A DNA stretch of 63,127 bases, filler included, from Asterionella formosa (Eukaryota), in assembly GCA_002256025.1 (NCBI GenBank). It is 13 parts of 13 records of this genome, joined end to end, with 100 filler letters (N's around TTAATTAATTAA, not from the genome) between each part and the next. Parts side by side here need not be neighbours in the genome. Positions count along the whole stretch, not along the records: positions 49,571 to 50,989 come from NKIB01002530.1; positions 51,090 to 52,507 come from NKIB01002532.1; positions 52,608 to 54,032 come from NKIB01002533.1; positions 54,133 to 55,549 come from NKIB01002535.1; positions 55,650 to 57,065 come from NKIB01002536.1; positions 57,166 to 58,581 come from NKIB01002537.1; positions 58,682 to 60,097 come from NKIB01002538.1; positions 60,198 to 61,612 come from NKIB01002540.1; 5 more parts are not named here. One strand, written 5' to 3'. Below the pieces are notes generated by a model. That model did no database searches. It had not been told where the DNA came from and saw only the letters and a program-made list of their open reading frames with translations. This document shows, piece by piece, positions 49,773 to 61,712 of the stretch (position 1 is its first letter; each line of letters begins with the position of its first letter). A program made the position numbers and the translations under genes.

Positions 49773-50989
49773 GTTTCTTCCTGTTTGTGATCAATATCCC
49801 ATCGATCCATTTGTTCTCGCAAATGTTTTACTCGATGCCACCAGTCGAAACGATTGAGGTAATGAGTAGATATTGGCAGGACGCGCAGACGTTGGAGATA
49901 TATAGAAATAACATCCTCTGCAAATGCATTGTTTCATAGATACGAAATTAGTTATCATTAACTAACAGCTAGGTAAATGTGTTACGGTTAGATCTCTTCC
50001 ATTTCTCCTTCAAACTGCATCATATTTCTCCGAAAACTACTACCCATAGTAAGGTAATGTTCACAAGGTAGATGAACATTTTCTTCTCTTGCAGCAGCAT
50101 ATCTTCTGTTCAGCTCCTCAGTATGGCAAGCTCGTTCCCTTATATTGTAAGCAGAGAAATTGCCCTCAATGAAATATTTCTTGAATCTTTTTTTATCGAG
50201 TCGCCTATACTCAGGAATGTCACTGTCATGGAGATCCTCCATAGTCATCTGGTAGAATGCTTTATAGACTAGTTGTTGTTTGCCTTTAACATCTCTTGGT
50301 GTTCTTTGGGAACTGTCAGGTAATGACGTTCCTTACGTTTTGTCATGGCTTCCATAACCAGAATAGCTATCCCTAGGCGCTTACAATTCATAAAATCCTT
50401 GTCCAACGATGATTTCCATGAACTTGCACCTGGTTCAAAGTAGTGGGTGTTTTTGTCGAACTTTGTGAGCGATTCGATAAGCTTTTAATAGAACTTCCTG
50501 ACATTCCATTAAGTTCATTTTCTGATGGTGTCACATTTCCTTCCCTTGTTGGTAGCGAGGCCACATTGGGTGGCCGTGGGAAAGAACCATCAACACGAAT
50601 TGGATTTCTTAAGGGGGTGCTGCTTCTTTCAGTTGCTGGTGAAGTGCCCGAAAGATCGCTAATTGAAGAGGCTGTGGGAGGGATACTAGCGGTACTTGGA
50701 GTTTTTGCCTTCCCCAGGTCGTTTTGTACCCTAATCACTGGTGGCATATATGCAAGAACTTACCAACATTACAATTGTGATTACGTTAGTGTTAGATAGT
50801 AAATGAGAATAATACTAATATTGATAATAACAATTCATTTCTTACCTCCCATTTTGGTCACATTTGTATCCTTCTTTTGCATATTCATGAACATAGACTC
50901 CAAAGCAATGCTGTTTGCAGACTCACGTAGGTGCTCGACTTGATCATAAATTGTATTGAACCTTGCATAACCCTTTGTTTCCCACCCTC
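49773..50989 (-). pseudogene. Decayed intron-containing gene of unknown function, probably TE-associated
   Basis: Broken ORFs 50388-50747 and 49988-50248, plus EGWETKGYARFNTIYDQV at the contig end; GTAAG donor near 50845. Confidence 0.35.
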
Positions 50990-51091
50990 NNNNNNNNNNN
51001 NNNNNNNNNNNNNNNNNNNNNNNNNNNNNNNNNTTAATTAATTAANNNNNNNNNNNNNNNNNNNNNNNNNNNNNNNNNNNNNNNNNNNNGC

Positions 51092-52023
51092 AGCGAAGCG
51101 CCGTCGCGTCGCAAGAAGAAGCTCAAGAGTCTGCCCAAGCGACCGCTCTCTGCGTATAACTTTTTCTTCCAGACGGAGCGCTCCCTGTTGATGCAGGACA
51201 GGGCCATTGTGCCGTCGTTGAAAGTTGGATTCGAAGACTTGGGAAGGATCGTTGGCAAGAAGTGGAGAGAACTGTCAGAAGCGGAGCGAGAAACATACAA
51301 TAGAAAAGCGATTGGCGACAGTGAGCGATACAGGAAGGAAATGGAAGACTACAAGAAACGAGAAACGGACAAGCGGCGCGGCGTAAAGGTCAGCGAGCCA
51401 GCGAGTCCAGCATTTTCACTGCCACCGACCCCCTATCGCTTCCCGACTTTTGAGCATCCGCATGGAATGCAGTCACCACCGATGGTTCAGTCGCAGCAAT
51501 ACTTTGGAAGGGCTCCCTACACGACGACTACCTCCGGAGCCCCCTTTTCTCCTTTGCCTCTGACGCATTCATCCTCAGACCACCCCAAGCACCACGAATA
51601 CTCGGATCGGTACAAACGATTCTGTCCCCCTCCAGGAGGGCCAGGGATCTGTAAGGGACCTATTCCTTCTTCCGCCTTTCCACTTAGACCAAACCAAGAG
51701 GTGTTAATTCAAGATCAAAATGGACAGTTGCAAAAATATAGAGTCCAGTATGCTGTCATGTCCATGACGGAGGCAGCTGCCAAATCGTACATGGAAGAAA
51801 TGAACATGGCACTTCATCACACCCCTTCGTCACGGTACGTTTATCATACATTATTATCCTTGTGGTTCATTCGTGTGACGCTTGCTGTCCTGTACCTTGT
51901 GTGTGCTGGGGCTTACACATCTCTCGTTTTTCATACAATAGTGCCCCTATGCCCCCTATGTATTATAACAGCAGTCATGCACAGAATCACAGGGATAATG
52001 AAGCATCACCATATCCACTGTAG
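51092..52023 (+). CDS. HMG-box protein, 5'-partial (intron 51835-51941)
   Basis: LPKRPLSAYNFFFQTER..GFEDLGRIVGKKWRELS..DSERYRKEMEDY; the GTACGT..TAG intron gives a stop at 52021-52023. Confidence 0.88.
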
Positions 52024-52607
52024 CAAATCATATGTGTAGGTATTACATGCATATGATCTGATTGCAATATCGGTATACAGACACTTGCTCTTGCAAGTAG
52101 TAATTATTCATGTTTTGTCCGTATTCACACATTGTAAAAATGCAAAGGCATTTTATGAACATATACTAATGGAATTATAGTATGGTATTACCTCTGGTTG
52201 AAAATAATTGTGTCAAATTGCCAGCACCACTAGTGTCTTAACTGTTTGCATATGAAGGATTTCATAGCCAACATACCACCTTTCTACATGAGGGTTGGAT
52301 TACTTGAATAAATGTGATGGTTATTAGTTACATAGACATGAACATATACTCTAGGGAAGATCACTGTATTGTTGGCAGGGAGTGAGTTTCATTTTTTCAA
52401 CATAAATATTTTATTGGCACACATCACCTGTATCTTCCTTGCCCTCCTTGTCACCCTTGCTATCTCTTTTGTCTTGATTCATGTCTCACAACATCACACT
52501 GGTTGATNNNNNNNNNNNNNNNNNNNNNNNNNNNNNNNNNNNNNNNNNNNNTTAATTAATTAANNNNNNNNNNNNNNNNNNNNNNNNNNNNNNNNNNNNN
52601 NNNNNNN

Positions 52608-53335
52608 CAGGTATGACGAAGAGCAAGATCGACCCTATGTTATTTATGCACCGGAACAAGGATGGACAAATTGATGGTCTACTTGTTAATTACGTGGATG
52701 ACGGTATTGTATGTGGGACTCCAAGTGCAGTGGAGTATATGAAAAATGTTATCAAGGAAGATTTCAATATTACCGAGCAGGGTATTCTACAGAAACACCT
52801 AGGAGTGGAATATGTTTGGAAAGAGGACAAGTATGGTGAATACGTGAAGGAACAGATTCATACGAGATTGTCCGAACCAGTTCAGAGTGGAACGATGTTA
52901 CAGCCTCTTGAGCGTGGCAATGGGGAGGATGTCAAGAATATTAGCCCGAGTCACAAGGATTGTGGACTCGATTGTAATCGAACGAGTCGAATATTGCATT
53001 GCCACGTCAATCAGCTGTCTAACGAGATCAGAGATTGAAGATTTCTATGGAAATGTTAAGTGGAAACTCGAAGAGAGTCTTAGAATGACTTTGCAGGAAG
53101 CAAAGATGCGTGGAAAGGAAACATTTAGTTTAGCTTATAATTTAATTTGAGATTTAGATTATCAACCGAGGAAACAGTGTGTTAATTGACAGGAAGATCA
53201 ATTAGTCTATCTAGCAGGAAGGCTAGAAGCAGAGACAAGAGAGAAAGTGAGTGGTACTAGGTAGTACTACGATCACGTAAGAGTCTACGTGAAGAGAGAC
53301 CCAACCCGCGGGAAGGAGTACGGACCATTTCAACA
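52608..53335 (+). mobile_element. Ty1/copia 3' end with internal deletion and a 406-bp LTR (52930-53335)
   Basis: RT motif LLVNYVDDG, KHLGV; PPT GGGGAGGA then TGTCAAG...TTCAACA; near-identical to 55900-56627. Confidence 0.9.
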
Positions 53336-53348
53336 TTACCGGTAGTTA

Positions 53349-54032
53349 GAGCATCGCCACCGCATCGACCAAATACCAATCCAATTGAAGTTGCGGGTCA
53401 TTACACGTCATGATGCGTTGTGTTGGTCGAAAAAGCAAAAAAATTTTAGCCACCGCATCGACCAAGACCAAATATGCTTTGGTCTTGATCGAGGATGACC
53501 CCCTTATCGACCAAATATCAGGTAGTTGGTCGATTAGACTCCGACCGTAGCCAAATAAAAGGAGCATTTCTATTGGTTTAGATTGTGGCTCGCGCCGGCA
53601 AGCTAACGTTTATAGTTCAATGAGTGCATACATAATCACAGTACATTCACTATTGTCTCTTCATGTAGAACTCTATAGGCCAATGTGATCCTGGTGTGGT
53701 GTATACATCATAGCTATTGAGTCAACATCATAAAACAACAATCATCATTGTCAGGATGGGTTCCGGTGTCACGTGGGAGAAGGAAGAGGACGAAGCACTC
53801 TCTCGGGCCTGGGTAGCTGCAAGTGAAGACGCAATCACTGGGACTGGTCAGAAAGCAAGCAAGTTTTGGAGCAGGGTATTCGAGATTTATGTTGAGCTTA
53901 GTATCCCAGTTGGGAAGGATCGCACCTCAACAGCGTGCACTGCTCGATGGGGAACAATCAATCAAGATGTGACAAAGTTTTGCGGCCTCTATTCACAGGT
54001 TACGTCCATTGCTAAGTCAGGATGGACAGACG
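53349..54032 (+). mobile_element. PIF/Harbinger transposon 5' end with a Myb/SANT-like ORF (ATG 53757, truncated)
   Basis: TTA|GAGCATC terminus typical of PIF/Tourist; WEKEEDEALSRAWVAASED..GTGQK..FWSRV..RWGTINQDVTKFCG..KSGW is the Harbinger accessory-protein pattern. Confidence 0.75.
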
Positions 54033-54132
54033 NNNNNNNNNNNNNNNNNNNNNNNNNNNNNNNNNNNNNNNNNNNNTTAATTAATTAANNNNNNNNNNNN
54101 NNNNNNNNNNNNNNNNNNNNNNNNNNNNNNNN

Positions 54133-54890
54133 TATGGTTACTTGTCACCAGATAGTGAATACAAGCAATAGGAGTTGGAAACTCTTTTTGCTCCACAACA
54201 ACCATAGCTACGGGCTTGAACTTCTTCTCCAAGTTCTCCCTCTCTTCAATGGTAATGACAAAGTTGCCATGAAGCTTCTTCTGGAGCTGATTTGCGTATA
54301 GAGCTTGGTTGGTAACAACTGAATTCCAATCGTTACCAAAAGATTTTGACAAGAAAGTCATAATCTCATTGATCTCCAAAGGGATTTTAGAGGTGGCGAA
54401 GGTGTCAAGTGGAATTTGGGTGATCCTAGCTTTCCACTTGTACTGCCTATCATCAGCATTAGGGTCACGTACATTAATGCGACCAATGTACAATATTCCT
54501 AGAGCCTCAAGACTTTTGCTCACATGAGTGAAAAAGCAAGAAAATAGAGAAGTGGATAATCCACATGAGTCCTGTATCCCTCGCGGATCAGACTCATAGA
54601 CTCTGGACTGATGGGGACCAACCAATAGCGTTGAGGGAGAAAGGACTCATATTCTCATACGCGTTGATCAATAGAAGATAGAGTTTCTTCATGGACAATT
54701 CAGGATCTCTCTGGAAATCCTTGAACATGCCAATCTCAAGTAACTTGTCCATACTGTCGCAAGTACTCTTAAACTGGTCAGTAGTGAAAGGAACACTGAA
54801 ATTCGTCTTGATGTGGTAATGAGGATACATAGTATCATCATCACCATACTGAGCCCTGTGATCCTCGAAAGGACAGAAACCATCGCACAT
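54133..54890 (-). pseudogene. Unknown protein in two overlapping frames (frameshift near 54600), 3'-partial
   Basis: ORFs 54594-55007 and 54133-54625 overlap by ~30 nt and have protein-like composition; no family recognised. Confidence 0.35.
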
Positions 54891-55899
54891 CTTGGCTGGT
54901 CTGTTCTTGAGCGAGAAAGAAGTCTCGAAGGGAGAAAGGAAAGAGAGAAGAGGAGAGTAACGCAATTGTTGCGAAAAAGTGCAATTATTAGAGAAATATA
55001 GAGTCACGTGAGAATGGTTGGCAGTTTTTCTGTTCCAACAAACAGGCAGGAAGCCAGTAGTAGCTAGTTGGAATGTTTTTGTGTCCGAATCCTAGCACCT
55101 GCATCTAGTACCGACTAGATAAATAGTACAAGACGCACGAATACTCGGATGTACTATATACAATACCTGGTCCTTGTTTGTGCGTATAATTTCCCTGAAT
55201 TGCTGCTAGTAGCTACTAGTAGCAAGTACTTTTACTGTCGCGCCATTCAGTAACTGTTGAATTTTGAAGGTGATGATGCTTGATTATTATTAGTGTAGCA
55301 GAAAACCGGTAGACCGGTAGACCAGCAACAATGGCCATTTGCAAAGGGAAAATGTCCACTTTTGCGAATAAATGCGTGATCACCAATCAGTGATTGTTCG
55401 AGATCCAATTCCTATAAATCTCTGGCAAGCTATTTCGGATATCATGTCAAAACATATTCAGGAGCTGTCTCAGGCTGAGGCTTCCTCTGCATCCGACAGT
55501 GAAAGCGACAATGGAGTCTCTATTCCTGGAGCAGAGAACAGCGATTTCTNNNNNNNNNNNNNNNNNNNNNNNNNNNNNNNNNNNNNNNNNNNNTTAATTA
55601 ATTAANNNNNNNNNNNNNNNNNNNNNNNNNNNNNNNNNNNNNNNNNNNNTAAATGTTTAAATACTGTCTATATCCATTTAGACTTTCCTCAGACTAGATC
55701 AAGCTTCCGGACACTTGTTGACATCAACAGCCTAACAGACGTTTTCTGACATGTTGCTCTACTGCTATGATGGACTATGACAGTATGTATAATTTGTGTG
55801 TTCCAGGTACCTCGTACCATGTACCAAGGCAGGTCCGGTAATTAGCTTAATCTTTTCTTTATATTAGTTAAAAAAGTGTTTTACCTGACCTTCCAGGTA

Positions 55900-57065
55900 T
55901 GTTGAAATAGTCTGTACTCCTTCCCGCAGGTTGGGTCTCTCTTCACGTAGACTCTTACGTGATCGTAGTACTACCTAGTACCACTTACTTTCTCTCTTGT
56001 CTCTGCTTCTAGCCTTCCTGCTAGATAGAATAATTGACCTTACTGTCAATTAACACACTGTTTCCTCGGTTGATAATCTAAATCTCAAATTAAATTATAA
56101 GCTAAACTAAATGTTTCCTTTCCATGCATCTTTGCTTCCTGCAAAGTTATTCTAAGACTCTCTTCGAGTTTCCACTTAACATTTCCATAGAAATCTTCAA
56201 TCTCTGATCTCGTTAGACAGCTGATTGACGTGGCAATGCAATATTCGACTCGTTCGATTACAATCGAGTCCACAATCCTTGTGACTTGGGCTAATATTCT
56301 TGACATCCTCCCCATTGCCACGCTCAAGAGGCTGTAACATCGTTCCACTCTGACCTGGTTCGGACAATCTCGCATGAATCTGTTCCTTCACGTATTCACC
56401 ATACTTGTCCTCTTTCCAAGCATATTCCACTCCTAGGTGTTTCTGTAGAATACCCTGCTCGGTAATATTGAAATCTTCCTTGATAACATTTTTCATATAC
56501 TCCACTGCACTTGGAGTCCCACATACAATACCGTCATCCACGTAATTAACAAGTAGACCATCAATTTGTCCATCCTTGTTCCGGTGCATAAATAACATTG
56601 GGTCAATCTTGCTCTTCGTCATACCTGGTTTATTGGTGACACATTTCGCAAACGTCCTGGACCAGCATCGTGGAGCTTGTACTATCCCGTACATAGCCTT
56701 CACAAGCTTGCAAACATGTGTATCGGAATCGACTCCAATCAAACCTTGAGGGGGCTCAATATAAATGTCCTCATCGACGATGGCATTTAGAAATGCTGCT
56801 TCCACATCAATAGCCTCCGCTCGCCAACCGTTGTACATCGTCACTGCGAGTACCGTTTTGATTGTCGCATCGCTTGCAACTGGAGCAAATGTCTCAGTAA
56901 AATCGACACCTGGGATTTGCTCATATCCCTTCACGACCAATCTTGCCTTGTAAATGGTCTTCCCGGTTAACACATCTTCTTTAATTCGAAACACCCATCT
57001 CGTTTTTAGTGTTCGCTTCTTAACAGTATCACGTTTGACAACTTTCCACACTCCTCTCGACTGGA
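55900..57065 (-). mobile_element. Ty1/copia RT with the same internal deletion and a 406-bp LTR (55900-56305)
   Basis: WVFRIK..YKARLVVKGYEQIPGVDFTETFAPV, DVEAAFLN, KAMYGIVQAPRCW, YVDD; LTR nearly identical to 52930-53335. Confidence 0.92.
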
Positions 57066-57861
57066 NNNNNNNNNNNNNNNNNNNNNNNNNNNNNNNNNNN
57101 NNNNNNNNNTTAATTAATTAANNNNNNNNNNNNNNNNNNNNNNNNNNNNNNNNNNNNNNNNNNNNATACATACATACATACATACATAGCTAATGAGAGT
57201 ACAGCGAGTACCTGATACCAGGTAAGTACTCCAGTACCAAGTAGCTACCAGGACAGTAAATTACATGGAAACTCTGGAACCTTGGTGTGGTTGAAACCAC
57301 ATAACACACATACCGGTATACCTGCAGGATGCATGATCGAAATAATGTTTGCTTGTGTAACCCCACCGGCATTTTTCTGAAGATACAGGTTGTACTGGTA
57401 CGTATTCATACATACAGCTATACATATATATCATGAACATCAATAGGTGTCGTATGTACGACCTTGCTTTCAACAACAACAAGAAGTAACCCTAATAATT
57501 GGGTGTGCATTCAGTTGTTTAAAGTTCACGTGCGCACCTCAATTTTAAATGTATGGCACAGAGAGGAGGAGGAGGATCTGTTGTTCGGACTATAAATTTT
57601 TAAAAATGCTACCCGTACGTACTGGTAGTATGTGTTGTTACCTCAAGAATCTTGTGGTTTTACTCTATGCATAAATATAATCATCAGCACATCCTTTTAT
57701 TGATAAAACGCTCAGTATTTTATCAAATCTTCAAACTTGTTCATACGACGACGTTCAATCCAACATTCATTGTACCGGTATCAATCATATATATTTATAT
57801 ATATATATCATAGTGCAGTAACAAAAGAGAGAGATAGAGAGAGAGAGAGAGCGATTGAATA

Positions 57862-58581
57862 ATGATTGCAGTCGTTCTTCCCTTTCCCTTCCTGCCGTTG
57901 CTGTTGGTGCTACTTCTGTCATCGGCATTCCCGGCAGTCTCAGCCTTGACAGGTCAGTACGTTTGTATCTTGCACAGAGCTAGTGTAATGTAGTGTAGCA
58001 TTTAGAGTTTGTATTTGTACCTGTCGATCCAAAAACTAACAACCACTACTACTATTATTCCTCCTCTACAACACCTACTACTACTACTACAAAGTTCGAA
58101 CACCTGCTACAGCGGCACATTTTGCCAATTACATTAAATCAAACCCTACTGTAGCCAACAACATTGTTGCCAAGGGGGGATGGTATGCTCTAGAACAACA
58201 AGTTACGGCTCAATTGGCCAAACAAAACTACATCAAGATACGTCAAAACATGGAACATACAACAAGCTTTGATATTGTGGCAGCAGGAGGATATGACACC
58301 ACTATTGCATTGGCTGCAGACCCAAAGGGAGTGTTGGTACAGTACATTCAACAACAAAAACATGAAATTGTACCAACATCTTACTTGACTGCAATCGTTG
58401 GATTGTTACAAGCACAGGGGAAAGGATTTGAATCTGATTTAGTTGATGGAGAATGGATATCAGTGATGAATGTTTCAGGAAAAGCGTCACCCAAATTACA
58501 AAAAATTATTGCCAAAATGGAGCAATTGACGTACAGTAATTTTGATTGTCACCAAGGAATCTTTACAGGAAATGCGAAATT
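57862..58581 (+). CDS. Secreted or plastid-targeted protein, possibly PAP-fibrillin-like, 3'-partial (intron 57953-58094)
   Basis: Signal peptide MIAVVLPFPFLPLLLVLLLSSAFPAVSA; the GTCAGT..AAG intron with a CTAAC branch point joins in frame to the ORF with DLVDGEW; (AT)n and (GA)n microsatellites upstream. Confidence 0.55.
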
Positions 58582-58681
58582 NNNNNNNNNNNNNNNNNNN
58601 NNNNNNNNNNNNNNNNNNNNNNNNNTTAATTAATTAANNNNNNNNNNNNNNNNNNNNNNNNNNNNNNNNNNNNNNNNNNNN

Positions 58682-60097
58682 TCCACAACACCTTTGATAT
58701 GATGTCATCGACACCAACCAATTCTGCTTCAGTCGAACTTCTAGTGTTCACTTTCTGTTTCGTGGACATAGAACAAATAATTCCGTTTCCAAGTGACATT
58801 GTAGCTCCTGTGTGACTTTTAAAATCTTTGTGCACTGCAAACGCCGCATCAACGTACCATTTAATGCTCTGAGTGTCATCAGCACTCATAGATGCAACCT
58901 CGTTCTGAGTTGCTTTCAAGAAATTCATGATCTTGACTAATTTTGCCCAATCGCCTTCATTCGGTTCGATAGTTCGGGTTGCCAGAAATGCAATTCCTGG
59001 TTGAATGTCCTGTCTTCCTCGCTTACATAGGAACATTCCTTTCATAACAAAAGTATGAAATATTTTTGCTTTTTCATGTTCAAGCTTCTTTGATTTCGTA
59101 TCAACTGTGAACAATTTATCTGTCCATGGAAATTTTCCAACACCTTCAAGTTTCACTGGAAAATCATCAATCATTGATTTGACATATTTGGTCATGTCCA
59201 CCCTCAACACTCCTGGAATAGAGTAATCTAGCATCATAGCTAAATAATCATGCTTCTTTCCACGCATGACCTTGACTTCACCAATTTCGTCAGAAGCGTA
59301 TTTCTTTTTGAGCCATTCCAAAAATTGATCATTCACTTTGCTGTCCACGTGACTTGATTTCAAATCGTCTACGTGCCAAGTAACTGTGTGCTGTTTGCCA
59401 TTAACAATGCGATTTGCAACACATGGATCATATGGGTTTACCTTGAATCCAATTGACTCAATATCCTTCCGAAATTTCTTGTAATATAATAATGATGACT
59501 GTAACATGCCATATAATGCCTTGATCATCCTAACATATAGGACCTTGTTGTTCCCTTCATAAACAACATATTTTTCATAAGTCTTGGGGCTGAGTTCTGT
59601 CAACATATTGACAAGTAAACCTCTAATCTTCATAATGATTCGTTCCCCTTTTTCTTTCTCATCGATATCCACTTGCACAAATGCATTGGGTATATCTGCA
59701 GTCATAACATCGCGATTTTGCTTCGCATCAATTGTTGCTGTTATCATAACAGATTCAGTCATGGTAGTTGGACTAGCTGCTTCATCTCTTTCCATGTATT
59801 CACGTTGCGAACTGCCATTGGCACATGCTCTGCCTTTAATGCTCTTGTCTCTCTTTTCAACCAAAAAAATTAGACTTTCCATTGCACGTCGCTTTTCGAT
59901 ATCAGTTAGGTCTTCAATCCTAATCGGTTCAAATACAACTCTATCATGTAGTTGTTTCATTTCCTTATAAGCAGCGTCTCTTCCTTTCTGGCCAAATTTC
60001 TTGAGGCCTTTCCTTAAGCTGTATGACTGAACAAAGTGAAATGCTTCTTTATCGATACACATCTCATTCATATAACACATTGTCTTTGCGATCACTT
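58682..60097 (-). mobile_element. Ty1/copia (CoDi-like) pol: RT and RNase H, uninterrupted reading frame
   Basis: KGRACANGS, DIPNAFVQ, KALYGMLQSSLLYY, NPYDPCVAN, WHVDDLK, WYVDAAFAVH..SHTG, KQKVNTRSSTEAELV. Confidence 0.93.
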
Positions 60098-60518
60098 NNN
60101 NNNNNNNNNNNNNNNNNNNNNNNNNNNNNNNNNNNNNNNNNTTAATTAATTAANNNNNNNNNNNNNNNNNNNNNNNNNNNNNNNNNNNNNNNNNNNNTGC
60201 TATTGACTAGACTTACGGTACCTGATACCCTGGTACGAACGCAATAGCAATGAAACGATGGACCAATAGTATCGTATCGTAACGTGACGATGATTCGATG
60301 CATTTACTACGTAGTATGGGTGGCGGAGAGAAAATCTACTTACCCCGGTACTAGGTATCGTCTTTTAGATGCTACATAAAATACCGTCTGTCATAATAAA
60401 ATATCGCAGCATCCGCCATAATTTTTTACAGGTTCCATTGCAGTCCAGTCGGATATCATCCGAGGGAGTTGCGGTAGAAGACGGTTTTTACTATTAGGAA
60501 AACATAGCTAAATTTTGC

Positions 60519-61612
60519 CGAAGTAACTTCGACACAATTACCGTCTCGTCCGTTTCGTCTTTCTCCATATGTAGTCTGTGTAGTACTAGCTTTGTGGGTA
60601 CTTAGCTGCAATATATAAAATCGACCCATCAAATACTAGAATAGCGAGCCAGAAATACTAAGTAGAAGTAGCATAAATGGTTTTTGAATTCGGTGCTAAG
60701 TAAACGTGTCCCTTTTCCAAAATCCGGGTTCAAAATGCGGATCCAATCTCCGGGTTCTGCGGCAGTCGAGTTGCGCTTTGCCGTGGGAGGGACGTAGGGT
60801 GGGTGATTTTAGACTATAAATTGCGAAAGGCTTGGCGATGCTTTAGACTGCTTCTCTGAATCGTTATTCAAAGAATTGTGTGCTTCACCCTTGCACTAAT
60901 TCACTTGTTTAACCTCGCGTGGTTGCTCTTGTCTTCCCTTGTCTTAGCTGCCGACTCTTGGTTGTTCGATTCAACTCTAAAAGCTAGAACTTAATAGTCG
61001 CGTTGTCGCTATATTGAATTCTCAGCTTCGACTCCTTCGATTCGCGTCGCGTGGTTTGTATCATCCGGTGCTCGCCTGATATACTAACTCCATCGCGTCC
61101 GTCCTTGTCCGTAATATCAACGAAGTAACTTCGACACAATTACCGTCTCGTCCGTTTCGTCTTTCTCCATATGTAGTCTGTGTAGTACTAGCTTTGTGGG
61201 TACTTAGCTGCAATATATAAAATCGACCCATCAAATACTAGAATAGCGAGCCAGAAATACTAAGTAGAAGTAGCATAAATGGTTTTTGAATTCGGTGCTA
61301 AGTAAACGTGTCCCTTTTCCAAAATCCGGGTTCAAAATGCGGATCCAATCTCCGGGTTCTGCGGCAGTCGAGTTGCGCTTTGCCGATCCACTTTCTAGTC
61401 ACGACGAATTATGTTAGATGAGCCGTGGCATGCGCGTCTCGCCCTGCCATTGTCGATCGAGATGTGAATGCTATTGTATTTGCCGGCGGATGGAAGAATG
61501 TCGTTGTCGTGATCATCTTTTGGCTAACTGACTTCGTAAATTCCGCCACTTGCTTACGGATGTAAATTAGAAATGCGTCCGATTTCCAGCGACCAATTAG
61601 CATGACCATGTA
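60519..61612 (-). mobile_element. 3' end of a tyrosine-recombinase retrotransposon with split direct repeats (Ngaro/PAT-type)
   Basis: YR C-terminus GRWKSDAFLIYIR (61409-61609), followed by 265-bp direct repeats 61121-61385 and 60519-60783 separated by 337 bp. Confidence 0.82.
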
Positions 61613-61712
61613 NNNNNNNNNNNNNNNNNNNNNNNNNNNNNNNNNNNNNNNNNNNNTTAATTAATTAANNNNNNNNNNNNNNNNNNNNNNNNNNNNNNNN
61701 NNNNNNNNNNNN

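Noticed and set aside
23176..61712. Regularly spaced TTAATTAATTAA repeats in N runs (array-like)
   Set aside because: Artificial six-frame-stop contig spacer; ORFs ending ..XXLIN are artefacts of it
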